Counted from the stretch's first letter, positions 1-8,778 are shown. The stretch is DNA of 64,000 nt from Cyanobacteriota bacterium (GCA_046045965.1 JBJOKS010000010.1:64001-128000), one strand, 5' to 3'. Made by a program: numbers and translations. The notes: a model not told the origin generated them from the sequence alone.

Positions 1-470
1 ACTCTTTGAGAACTATCACCATAGCGGACTGAGGTGGTGGTGATGCGGGGATCAACACTTTTTAATAATTCAGTGTAGCGATCGCACAGTTCTTTTTTTT
101 GTTTCAGTGACACTGTACGGGGATCAATCCCTGTGAGGGGTAAATTACATATAGCTTGGATAGGATCAATAGGTGCGAGGATGGTTTCTTCATCTCCCAC
201 TATTCTAGCTGCGGCGATCGCTTCTTCTATTCTTTCTTCGATAGTGGCTAACTGGTTGAAACTACTTAAACCCCAGCCACCTTTATAACAAGCACGAACA
301 TGGCCACCGATAGAAATACCTTCGCTGAGGGTTTCTACTTTGTCACCACGCAATAAAATATCTGTTCCTTCTGCTTCTTCTAAGCGAATCATGAGATAAT
401 CGACGCGGGAAGAATAGCGAGTGATTAAATCAGAGAGTAAATTTTGGATGTCAGCAAGGAGTTTAGGCAT
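1..470 (-). CDS. TldD/PmbA family protein, N-terminal part (runs off window start)
   Basis: Manual translation from ATG at 470: MPKLLADIQNLLSDLITRYSSRVDYLMIRLEEAEGTDILLRGDKVETLSEGISIGGHVRACYKGGWG..., a typical TldD N-terminus; absent from the ORF track because it is truncated. Confidence 0.8.
   Translation of the reverse strand, partial: MPKLLADIQNLLSDLITRYSSRVDYLMIRLEEAEGTDILLRGDKVETLSEGISIGGHVRACYKGGWGLSSFNQLATIEERIEEAIAAARIVGDEETILAPIDPIQAICNLPLTGIDPRTVSLKQKKELCDRYTELLKSVDPRITTTSVRYGDSSQR
214..221. repeat. HIP1 octamer GCGATCGC (one example of many across the window)
   Basis: Also at 78-85 and repeatedly in core genes; cyanobacterial hallmark. Confidence 0.9.
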
Positions 471-636
471 TCTGGTTAGTGATGATTATAAAATATACTT
501 AGTTCCTAACTATTTATTCCAATTTTACTATTAATGGCACAATATATGGGAATATAATAATTAAACGCAGATGAACGCAGATGAACGCAGATGATTTACA
601 GTTTTGTAATCAAGTTTGTATCATGTATTTTGTTCA

Positions 637-1050
637 TCAAAAAACATATTTTTCAGCTACTTTCCAATAACGGGAAAATCTCTTTAAATCAATAAATCCA
701 TCATAATCAAAAAACGGTTCAACTGCAAATATCTCTAATTTCAATTTCTTTTCAATCTGATCACAAATATCATCAAATGTGGGACTGGGACTATCAGTAG
801 TCACAACTAATTTAGCATCATGTTCTTGAGCAAATTTAATAATTTCCTCTGCGACATTTCCTCGACGAATTTCTACAGGTAATTCTAGTAAACATTCGTA
901 TATAAAAGTTATACGTTTTAAACTTAATTGCCATGCTTCGATTAAAGCATCATCCCAAACCCAAATTGCTGGAGTGTTGGGATATTCTTGTAAAGCTGGG
1001 TTTTGGGGACTTAAACAATCTCCATTAATCCAAATAATTGGTTTAGTCAT
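637..1050 (-). CDS. Small stand-alone photolyase N-terminal (alpha/beta)-like domain protein
   Basis: IIWINGDCLSP..PAIWVWD..KRITFIYECLLEL..RFSRYWK resembles the photolyase N-domain; likely start MTKP at 1050. Confidence 0.7.
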   Translation of the reverse strand: MTKPIIWINGDCLSPQNPALQEYPNTPAIWVWDDALIEAWQLSLKRITFIYECLLELPVEIRRGNVAEEIIKFAQEHDAKLVVTTDSPSPTFDDICDQIEKKLKLEIFAVEPFFDYDGFIDLKRFSRYWKVAEKYVF

Positions 1051-1052
1051 AT

Positions 1053-2396
1053 TCATATACATCTTAACAAAGCTTCCTTAAATTCTACCGCAGTTGGAAA
1101 ATAAATTTGCGGTTTTTCTGTTAAAGCTAAATCTATCACATCAGCTAACTTTTCAGGAATACTATGATCCCGTTGACGAATCGGGATAGGATGATTATTT
1201 AAAATACTACTCCAAGGATCACCATCAAAATCACGAGGAAATTTTCCTGTTAACATATTATATAAACAAGCTGCACTTGCCCAAACATCAACTTCCGGTA
1301 AAGAATGTTTAAAATCTAATACTTGTTGACGGGGCATAAATACAGGAGTTCCCATTTTTGTACCTGTGAAAGTTTGTCCACTTAAACCAGCTAAATCAAA
1401 AGCTTTAGCTAAACCATAATCTCCGATTTTTACCACCATTTTACCATTAATTTTAGTAATAAAAATATTATTGGGTTTTAAATCTCGATGGACTAAACCT
1501 TTACCTTTTCCTAATCTCCCATCTGCTAATCTCACATAGGGAACTTCGACGTTATGGGCATAATCTAAACCATCGAGAACTTGGAGAATAATATCAACTG
1601 CTATATTAATCGGTAAACTTCCCCCTAATTTTTCCATTAAATCCCAAACATCTCCACCTTCGCAATATTCCATTGCAAAGAAAAAGGTATTTCCTGCAAA
1701 GTCATAATCTAAACATTGGATGACGTTGAGATGTTGTAAACATTTACTATTTTCTATTTCCCTTAAAAACATTTTCACACCCTGCTCTGTAGCTGCAACT
1801 GCGGGTAACATGATTTTCAAAGCTACGAGTTTTTGAGTTTTTTGATGTTGGGCTAAAAATACTTCTCCACAACCACCTTGACCTAATGATTTAATAATTT
1901 GATAATTAGAAATTACTTTGAGATTTTGATTACCTGTGTTTGCTAGGTTGAGGATGTTTTTGATAATATCTAAAAAATTAGGTTTTTGATTTTCTGGGGG
2001 TTGGGGAAGATTGGGAGTTTGTTGTTTTTCAACTTCTGCTTCTACAGCAACATTAAAAATAATATGACCGATTTGCACCTGATCACGATTACCTAAATTA
2101 TATTCAGGAAGGAGATTTTTGGCAGCTTGTTCAGGAGTATCACCCGCTTTTCTTTGACCGATTTTTTTACCATTAACATAAGTTCTGTTTAAACTGCCTA
2201 AATCTCTAATTCTAATTTCTGGGGGGTTGATATCGAATAAGCAGTGATAACGGGAAACTTTCATATCAATATTATCGGCAATTTGTAAATTGCAATCATC
2301 ATTTCTACCGATAATACAAGTGCTGCGGTTATCAAATATATATTGTTTTCCTGATAGTTTCCCTGTGGTAATGGTGAGGGTGACGGTAGGTGGCAT
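1053..2396 (-). CDS. FHA-domain Ser/Thr protein kinase
   Basis: FHA motifs (IIGR, VSRYH, GSLNRTYVNG) and kinase motifs LGQGGCGEV, VALK, HRDLKPNN, DYGLAK; probable start MPPT at 2396. Confidence 0.9.
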   Translation of the reverse strand: MPPTVTLTITTGKLSGKQYIFDNRSTCIIGRNDDCNLQIADNIDMKVSRYHCLFDINPPEIRIRDLGSLNRTYVNGKKIGQRKAGDTPEQAAKNLLPEYNLGNRDQVQIGHIIFNVAVEAEVEKQQTPNLPQPPENQKPNFLDIIKNILNLANTGNQNLKVISNYQIIKSLGQGGCGEVFLAQHQKTQKLVALKIMLPAVAATEQGVKMFLREIENSKCLQHLNVIQCLDYDFAGNTFFFAMEYCEGGDVWDLMEKLGGSLPINIAVDIILQVLDGLDYAHNVEVPYVRLADGRLGKGKGLVHRDLKPNNIFITKINGKMVVKIGDYGLAKAFDLAGLSGQTFTGTKMGTPVFMPRQQVLDFKHSLPEVDVWASAACLYNMLTGKFPRDFDGDPWSSILNNHPIPIRQRDHSIPEKLADVIDLALTEKPQIYFPTAVEFKEALLRCI

Positions 2397-2442
2397 TTTG
2401 GGAATTGTTGATTTTTTTAGGTTTTGGTAAATATTATACTCT

Positions 2443-2530
2443 GTAGGTTGGGTTAAGTGACAACGCAACCCAACAATCTAAATGATCACATTTGCATCAT
2501 GTTGGGTTTCCTTTCGTCAACCCAACCTAC
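2443..2530. repeat. REP-like inverted pair (GTAGGTTGGGTT...AACCCAACCTAC)
   Basis: Two palindromic units in inverted orientation; related copies at ~21814-21845 and, degenerate, at ~2908-2935. Confidence 0.75.
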
Positions 2531-2627
2531 AAAAAAGTTTTTGTTGCAATAAAGGGGGGTCTATTCTCATTATTATTGAGAATGGTGTCAATAATTTAAC
2601 GATTTTTGGTGATTTCAGCTTGGGGGG

Positions 2628-2656
2628 TTGACAGTGTTCTGAGTTTTTGCTACTCT
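2628..2656 (+). promoter_or_regulatory. Sigma70-type promoter TTGACA-17nt-TACTCT
   Basis: Consensus -35, 17-nt spacer, near-consensus -10; downstream leader homologous to that of the 5760-5788 promoter. Confidence 0.6.
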
Positions 2657-2734
2657 AATGTTATATCTAGAAATCTGTCCGCGCCATATATAACAGGTTT
2701 TGAATTGTCTGAGTTGGGATGAATAGGATTTTTT

Positions 2735-2876
2735 TGTCTGAATCAGGATGTTATTGATAAATTGGTAGTGGTGATTTTCAAGAGTTAAGTTTCGCGCAGA
2801 GACGCTAAGGAGCAAAGACGCAAAGAGAAAAATTTGTCTGAATCAGGATGTCTAGGATTTAAGGATTTACAGGATG
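2735..2876 (+). repeat. ATCCTG-family dispersed repeat copies (TGTCTGAATCAGGATG..CAGGATTTAAGGATTTACAGGATG), plus a CGCAAAG-family repeat
   Basis: Partial copy 2735-2750, full copy 2835-2876; TTTCGCGCAGAGACGCTAAGGAGCAAAG at ~2790-2825. Confidence 0.8.
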
Positions 2877-2975
2877 GGATTTAATGATTTATGGTGGAAG
2901 TATGTAAATTGGGTTGAACGAAGTAAAACTCAAATTTTACCAGGTTTTAAAGTGTTGTGTCCTAATTCAGAGAAG

Positions 2976-3422
2976 TTAGAGTAAAAAATCACTCAAAACT
3001 AAAATCGTTAATTCTGTAACTCGTTTCAACTGAATATCATTAGTTAAGAAAATATCACATTGAGAAAATATAGCTACGGAAATTTGTAAAGAATCTAATA
3101 AAGCTAAATTATATCTAGCTCTTAATTGGGATGCTTGTTTAGCAATTAATTCATCAATTTGTATAAATTCAACATTGACACCAGAAACAATCAAATCAAT
3201 AAAATCCTGTTGTAATTCTGTTAGTCCTAAACGATAGGGATAAACTAGACACTCAGATAATGTGATAGGAGAAGTAACCGCACTTAGTAAACCTGAATCT
3301 ATACCGTGAAAAACATAGTTGACTAAAGACTGATATTGAGGATGATTCTCTACATAATAAATTACTGGTGCTGTATCCAAAAATAATTTTTTACCCTGAA
3401 TTAAATAATCTTCAATGTTCAT
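2976..3422 (-). CDS. PIN-domain (VapC-like) toxin
   Basis: FLDTAPVIY, TLSECL, LLDSLQ, FLTND acidic PIN motifs; overlaps the upstream small gene. Confidence 0.9.
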   Translation of the reverse strand: MNIEDYLIQGKKLFLDTAPVIYYVENHPQYQSLVNYVFHGIDSGLLSAVTSPITLSECLVYPYRLGLTELQQDFIDLIVSGVNVEFIQIDELIAKQASQLRARYNLALLDSLQISVAIFSQCDIFLTNDIQLKRVTELTILVLSDFLL

Positions 3423-3690
3423 AGATATTTCTGAGATTTAATTCCCTATTTTTACTTTCCTCGTTTCTATTTCTGGAAACCCAATTTTGAGCATCTTCAC
3501 TAACTAAAGGATAAGGTGCTTTACCTCTGATTTCTTGCCATTTTCGAGGTTGTTTTTGTTCTATATCATTTGGTTGTGATTGCAGGGATAATGAATCAAT
3601 AAAAATTAACACTTGTTCTTGTTGTGCAGGTGTTAAATTGTCTAGTTTTTCTAAGATAGTTTTTTTATTTTCCAGTGCTGTAGTCATCAT
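3412..3690 (-). CDS. Putative antitoxin (DUF2281-like) of the PIN toxin
   Basis: Small protein (LDNLTPAQQEQVLIFIDSL ... DAQNWV) overlapping the toxin start; GAGGA RBS upstream of ATG 3690. Confidence 0.75.
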   Translation of the reverse strand: MMTTALENKKTILEKLDNLTPAQQEQVLIFIDSLSLQSQPNDIEQKQPRKWQEIRGKAPYPLVSEDAQNWVSRNRNEESKNRELNLRNIYEH

Positions 3691-3760
3691 GAAAATCCTC
3701 ATTATCTGTAAAATACGATCTTCTTTAATTATATGGCTATCGGCTTTTATTTGTAAAGAT

Positions 3761-3999
3761 TTCTAGGATTTGAGGATGTACAGGATGTTATTGAATGATT
3801 ATTTTTTGGAAGTTGGGGATTTTTTTTGTCTGAATCAGGATGTCCAGGATTTGAGGATGTACAGGATGTTATTGGATGATTGTTTTTTGGAAGTTGGGGA
3901 TTTTTCAGGATGTTATTGAATGATTGTTTTTGAATTATTTAAAACATCTAAAAATTACCATCCTGTAAATCCTTTAATCCTGGTTATCCTGATTCTGAC
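3761..3999. repeat. Tandemly duplicated ATCCTG-family repeats closed by an inverted copy
   Basis: CAGGATGTTATTG(A/G)ATGATT(A/G)TTTTT occurs three times in 3781-3931; inverted full copy at ~3959-3999. Confidence 0.8.
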
Positions 4000-4033
4000 T
4001 TAATAATTTTCTGTAACCCTTAAATGTTACAGT

Positions 4034-5530
4034 TTACAAGTCTCGACGCGAGACAAGAGACCAGTACATCTTCGCCACAACAAGAAAGACATCCCGACTC
4101 AAAACCCCAACAACCAGCGGAACAGGGAGGTGGCCTTCTGGTGCTTTTATATCAAAAGTAATATTTTTGTAGTACAACCTTTCTCCTCCTTTTCTCCATC
4201 CTACCTTGTCCCCAAACTTCTGCCAGATGTCTGAGTTATATTCTCTAGTTCCACCCAAACCCTGATAAATTCGTTTCTGAACAGAAAAACCAAACTTACC
4301 ATCACTATATTTTACCCATAACTGGTCAATGGTGCGGAGGTCTGCACAGGGAAAATTATCAATGTGTTTAGAATATAACCAACCTTCCTCTTCTCTTTTC
4401 GCAACTGCTAACATTACTCTTCTAGTTTCTTCATCTGCTTCTTTCCATTTTCCTGCTTTGAGGTAGTTTTGCAGTTTTCTATAGTCCATTCCCACATCTG
4501 ATTTTAATTCTATCTCTTGGTTTTCTTCATTGATAACTTCCACATCATCTTCATAGAATTCTTCTTCTAAATAACTAATATCATCATCTTCATTAAGGCT
4601 ATCGAAGGATGATGAACCAAAAGCAGATTTAAATGCATCTAAATCAAAATTATCATCATAATCTTCCTTTTCTTGGTTATTGGTTGTAAGTAAACCCAAC
4701 AACTCCCGAAACTCCCGTACAGTTTGCGGACGGTTTTGGGGTTCTAACTCCATACCTTTGAGAATAGCAGCATTTACCTTATCGCTAATATTCTGATTAT
4801 ATTTTTGCGGTGGTTGTAAAATCACATCATCTTCAGCGCGATAATTAGCAGGAATGGGAACTCTCAGAGTTAACAAAGTGTACAACGTCGCAGCTAAAGC
4901 ATAAACATCAGTATAATAACCAAAATCTCCCCGTCGTTCATACTGTTCTATGGGTGCATAACCTTCCGTTTTACTCGCAGTCATGCTTTTAATTTTTCCC
5001 GGTTGAAACTCTCGCGCTAACCCAAAATCAATTAATACCGCTTCCTTGGTTTTCTGTCGTAGTAAAATATTATTGGGTTTCACATCCCGGTGTAAAAGTC
5101 CTCGTTCATGAACCACTTCTAACGCTTGTCCGATTTGGTCAATGTAACTCAATGCTTCCGTTTCTGACAAGTACCCATTTTCCGCTGTATATTCTTCTGT
5201 ATATTTTTCTAAATCATCCCCTTCTATATATTCCATGACTATAGCGTGCAGTTTATATTTATCAATATCTTCCTCAAAGTTCGTGTAAACCTTGACTATG
5301 TGGGGATGTTCACATTTAGCTAATGATTTTGCTTCTGCTTTAAACCTATTTTGTCTTTCTTCAAAGTCTGGTTTTTCTCGTTGTTCGCGGTTGAGAGTTT
5401 TAATAACTACGAGTCTATCAAGTCCTGTATCTTCTGCAAGATAGGTTTCACCAAAGCCACCCCCACCGATGACTTTTTTAATGATATACTGTCCGTTCTG
5501 TAGACTGGTGTTAGGTGTCCAAACTTGCAT
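4034..5530 (-). CDS. Ser/Thr protein kinase with acidic linker and C-terminal GUN4-like domain
   Basis: Kinase IGGGGFGETY, HRDVKPNN, DFGLARE; GUN4 motifs DYRKLQNYLKAGKWKEADEET, FPCADLRTIDQLWVKYSDGKFGFSVQK, APEGHLP. Confidence 0.92.
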   Translation of the reverse strand: MQVWTPNTSLQNGQYIIKKVIGGGGFGETYLAEDTGLDRLVVIKTLNREQREKPDFEERQNRFKAEAKSLAKCEHPHIVKVYTNFEEDIDKYKLHAIVMEYIEGDDLEKYTEEYTAENGYLSETEALSYIDQIGQALEVVHERGLLHRDVKPNNILLRQKTKEAVLIDFGLAREFQPGKIKSMTASKTEGYAPIEQYERRGDFGYYTDVYALAATLYTLLTLRVPIPANYRAEDDVILQPPQKYNQNISDKVNAAILKGMELEPQNRPQTVREFRELLGLLTTNNQEKEDYDDNFDLDAFKSAFGSSSFDSLNEDDDISYLEEEFYEDDVEVINEENQEIELKSDVGMDYRKLQNYLKAGKWKEADEETRRVMLAVAKREEEGWLYSKHIDNFPCADLRTIDQLWVKYSDGKFGFSVQKRIYQGLGGTREYNSDIWQKFGDKVGWRKGGERLYYKNITFDIKAPEGHLPVPLVVGVLSRDVFLVVAKMYWSLVSRRDL

Positions 5531-5544
5531 AATGTCTAAATCAA

Positions 5545-5609
5545 AGATCCCCGACTTCTATGATAATTGATTTTATACAGGATAGGTGAAAAAAAGAAGT
5601 CGGGGATCT
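5545..5609. repeat. Palindromic element with 15-bp perfect inverted repeat AGATCCCCGACTTCT
   Basis: Arms 5545-5559 and 5595-5609; related arm at 43907-43919. Confidence 0.75.
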
Positions 5610-5612
5610 GAA

Positions 5613-5880
5613 TGTCTGAATCAGGATAACCAGGATTATAGGATTTTCAGGATGTGATTGATAATTGGTGGTGGGGATTTTTTGATGTGGGTGAAAATAA
5701 CGATGTTGGAAGTTTAAAACCCTATATATATGCGCCCACAGATTCCCACTCATAACATAAGTGTAAAATATTATTTTCGCCTTGTCAAGTCTTAACATAA
5801 CAAAAATATGAAAATACAAAACTTCAGATGGCAACTTACCATCCTGTAAATCCTAAAATCCTGGACATCCTGATTCAAAC
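5613..5880. repeat. Inverted pair of ATCCTG-family repeats (REPIN/MITE-like) enclosing a promoter
   Basis: Forward copy ~5613-5654, inverted copy ~5839-5880. Confidence 0.75.
5760..5788 (-). promoter_or_regulatory. Sigma70-type promoter TTGACA-17nt-TACACT facing the kinase-GUN4 gene
   Basis: Minus strand: TTGACA (5788-5783), 17 nt, TACACT (5765-5760). Confidence 0.65.
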
Positions 5881-5890
5881 AAATTAAATT

Positions 5891-6730
5891 CTACCTTCCT
5901 TTTTTCCCCTTTTGCCAACTTTGACTATTAGGTTTTTTACTAAACTCACCGTTCGGAAAAAGTCGCGCTTCTAACTCCTCATAACTCCCCTCAAAATCAC
6001 ACTTACCATAAAGCGGACATTGACAACAATAAACCCCTTTTGTGTAACGTTCTAAATTTTCCCGATTGAAAAAATAAGGTTTATGACTAAAGGTACTCGC
6101 TACCCATTGCCATGACATATTATTACTTGCAGGATCGCCATCTAACAAATGTTGTAAAAACCATTTTGCGCCGGCTTGCCATTGAATACGTCGCCAATGG
6201 ATAATATAAGCCGCTAACCACATTCTAATATGGTTATGTAAATAGCCATTTTCTCGTAATTCCTGACTAAAACTATCAATACAAACCAGTCCGGTTTTAC
6301 CTTCCGTAATATCTGACGGTAAATTTTTTGCATAGTCTGCTATTTTATAACCGGTTTTGTATTCTTCTTGATTTTCCCAAATACCTTTTCCTAATTTAAT
6401 ATATAGCCTTTGCCAATAATCACGCCATCCTAATTCATTAATTAATTTACTCGCATCCTCTGGATTTTTCACCCGCTCTAAAATATCATCTTTAATTTCT
6501 CGTAAACTTAAAACGCCATGACGAATATAAGGTGATAACCTAGTAACAGCACCAGTTAAAGAATTGCGTGTTTTTGCGTAGGCAAGAGGATCGACATTTT
6601 TCAGCTTTGCTTTTGCTGCTTTCCTTCCTCCTACAGTTTCGCTGATGTGATCATCTCGTTCTGCGGCCTGGGGAAATTGTTCGCGCAGGTAAGCTATTAA
6701 CTCATCTCTGTTAGTGAAATCACGTAACAT
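5891..6730 (-). CDS. Photolyase/cryptochrome FAD-binding-domain-only protein
   Basis: VTRLSPYIRHG, ELGWRDYW, GYLHNHIRMWLA, LLDGDPASNNMSWQW; lacks the N-terminal alpha/beta domain. Confidence 0.88.
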   Translation of the reverse strand: MLRDFTNRDELIAYLREQFPQAAERDDHISETVGGRKAAKAKLKNVDPLAYAKTRNSLTGAVTRLSPYIRHGVLSLREIKDDILERVKNPEDASKLINELGWRDYWQRLYIKLGKGIWENQEEYKTGYKIADYAKNLPSDITEGKTGLVCIDSFSQELRENGYLHNHIRMWLAAYIIHWRRIQWQAGAKWFLQHLLDGDPASNNMSWQWVASTFSHKPYFFNRENLERYTKGVYCCQCPLYGKCDFEGSYEELEARLFPNGEFSKKPNSQSWQKGKKGR

Positions 6731-6835
6731 AGTTTTCTGGGTTTAGACTTAAATGTAATCAAAATTAGAATTAGTGGCAGTTTTAATATAACTGTATTAT
6801 CCTCTACATTATATCAAGTTTTACCTCCAAAAACC

Positions 6836-8755
6836 ATGACAAAACACCCATCTTTGCAAGAACAACAAGGTTACTATCGTTATGATCCTAACAACTTGGA
6901 TCAAAAAGGATATGCAAGGTTATTTCCTTACACTGGGGAAGATGGCGTTATCCGTTATATTTTAGCGAAATTAGGAGAAAATTTAGTAGAACAGGGTAAA
7001 CTTTCCCAACCTTGGACTTTATTACTGAGTCAGTTAGATCAAAAAGTTGCAGAATTAGAGGAAAATTGGTTAAGTATCTCAACTTTATTGGTTGACTGCA
7101 AAATTTTTCAATCAGGATGGTTTAATTTTGATTTACCTCCCAATGAACAATTTAATAGTAGTTATATCCAAGAAAGAAAAAAGTTAATTCAAACAATTTC
7201 CTCAGCTAAAAAAGCTGTTGGAAATGTAGATAAAAATTTACCTCTTCTAACAATAAATGCAGAACAAAGAAAGTTATTTTACCAAGCATTAAAAAATGCA
7301 AATGTTAAAACTCCTGTTATGAGTATCATTCATGAACGGGATGGAGGTTTAAGCGATAGAGAATTTGTCCGTCAAAGGGTAGCAGGTGCTAACCCCACAG
7401 TTATCCGCCGAGTACAAACAAATGATCAAGGTTTGATTCAAGCTTTAGCTACTCAACCTTACAAATTAGCTAATAACGGTGCTGTTGATTTAATCAAATC
7501 TGCCAGTGAAAACCGCTTGTTTATTGCTGACTATCCCATTTTTAAAGATTTGAAAATTACAGACTTACAAACTGGTAAATATGTGGGTAGTCCAATAGCT
7601 TTATTTCATAATACAGAAAAAGGTTTAGAACCTGTACTAATTCAAGTAGAAAAAGGTAGAGTTGTAACTCCAGGAATTACAGGAGAACCAGCAGATAATT
7701 GGATGAAAGCAAAATTATATTTTCAAACTGCGGATGCTACTCATCATGAACTAATTGCCCATTTAGCTTATACTCATTTAGCAATGGAATCCTTATCTAT
7801 TGCTACTTCTAGACAGTTACCAAGTAATCACCCAGTTTATCAATTATTATCTCCCCATTTTAAATTTTTAATTGCTATTAATAACCGGGGAAATAGTATA
7901 TTGTTGTCAGAAGGAGCAGGAATTGATAACTTAATGGCTCCCACTTTGGCAACTTCTTCTAAATTGATGAATAAAGCCTATCGAGAAAAGTCTTTTTGGT
8001 ATTATTCTTTGTTAAATGATATTGAAGTGCGAGGAATAGAACCAAAATTATTACCAGACTTTCCCTATCGGGATGATGCTTTGTTATTGTGGGAGGCGAT
8101 CGCTAAATACACAACTCGTTATTTACAACGCTATTACCCAGACGACAAAGCAGTACAACAAGACATCTATTTACAAAATTGGGCGGAAGAACTAGGCGCA
8201 CCTTTAAACACCCGTCCCAAGTCAGACTTTCCCCAAGCACCCGCATGGTTTCCCAAAGAACTGGTAGCAGCATCAGGAATAGAACCCCAAGAAATACCTT
8301 CCTATCCTCGCGTACCAGGGTTTACAAAAATTGGTAGTTTGCAACAATTAATAGACATTGCAACTATCGTTATTTTTACCTGTGGACCCCAACACGCGGC
8401 TGTTAATTTTAGTCAATACGATTATTTTGGCTATGTTCCTAACGCACCCTTAGCAAATTATAGTCGTCCTGGTACACCAGCTAGTTTAGAGGAAATTTTA
8501 CCACCTCCAGAAAGAGATTTAGAGCAAATGCAATTAACTTTTGCATTGAATGGAATTAGATGGAGTAAATTAGGAAGTTCTGATTTTATTCAATTTGCAG
8601 ATAAAATTGATAAACAAATCTTAGCGCAATTTCAAAATGATTTGTTGGAAATTGAACGCAAAATTAAAGATCGAAATCAGCAGCGTTTAACAAATAGCGG
8701 TGTTGAATATCCTTATCTTTTACCCTCTCGCATTCCCAACAGTATTAATATTTGA
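6836..8755 (+). CDS. Lipoxygenase
   Basis: QRVAGANP, HHELIAHLAYTH, QHAAVNFSQ, FPYRDD, C-terminal PNSINI metal-ligand motifs. Confidence 0.93.
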   Translation: MTKHPSLQEQQGYYRYDPNNLDQKGYARLFPYTGEDGVIRYILAKLGENLVEQGKLSQPWTLLLSQLDQKVAELEENWLSISTLLVDCKIFQSGWFNFDLPPNEQFNSSYIQERKKLIQTISSAKKAVGNVDKNLPLLTINAEQRKLFYQALKNANVKTPVMSIIHERDGGLSDREFVRQRVAGANPTVIRRVQTNDQGLIQALATQPYKLANNGAVDLIKSASENRLFIADYPIFKDLKITDLQTGKYVGSPIALFHNTEKGLEPVLIQVEKGRVVTPGITGEPADNWMKAKLYFQTADATHHELIAHLAYTHLAMESLSIATSRQLPSNHPVYQLLSPHFKFLIAINNRGNSILLSEGAGIDNLMAPTLATSSKLMNKAYREKSFWYYSLLNDIEVRGIEPKLLPDFPYRDDALLLWEAIAKYTTRYLQRYYPDDKAVQQDIYLQNWAEELGAPLNTRPKSDFPQAPAWFPKELVAASGIEPQEIPSYPRVPGFTKIGSLQQLIDIATIVIFTCGPQHAAVNFSQYDYFGYVPNAPLANYSRPGTPASLEEILPPPERDLEQMQLTFALNGIRWSKLGSSDFIQFADKIDKQILAQFQNDLLEIERKIKDRNQQRLTNSGVEYPYLLPSRIPNSINI

Positions 8756-8778
8756 GGAGAAAAGATTTATAATTAACT

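Noticed and set aside
2615..2815. 66-aa ORF, and the 97-aa ORF at 5541-5834
   Set aside because: Both run through repeat and promoter sequence (HPENPIILVILIQT is the repeat translated); no protein motif
3761..3999. Possible CRISPR array from the repeated CAGGATG units
   Set aside because: The intervening sequences are themselves duplicated, spacing is irregular, and no cas genes are present
5664..5684. TGGTGGTGGGGATTTT resembles the GUN4 tail (TGGTTGTTGGGGTTTT) as a possible template repeat
   Set aside because: Only 16 nt, low complexity, inverted relative to the gene, and two of the three mismatches are not at adenines
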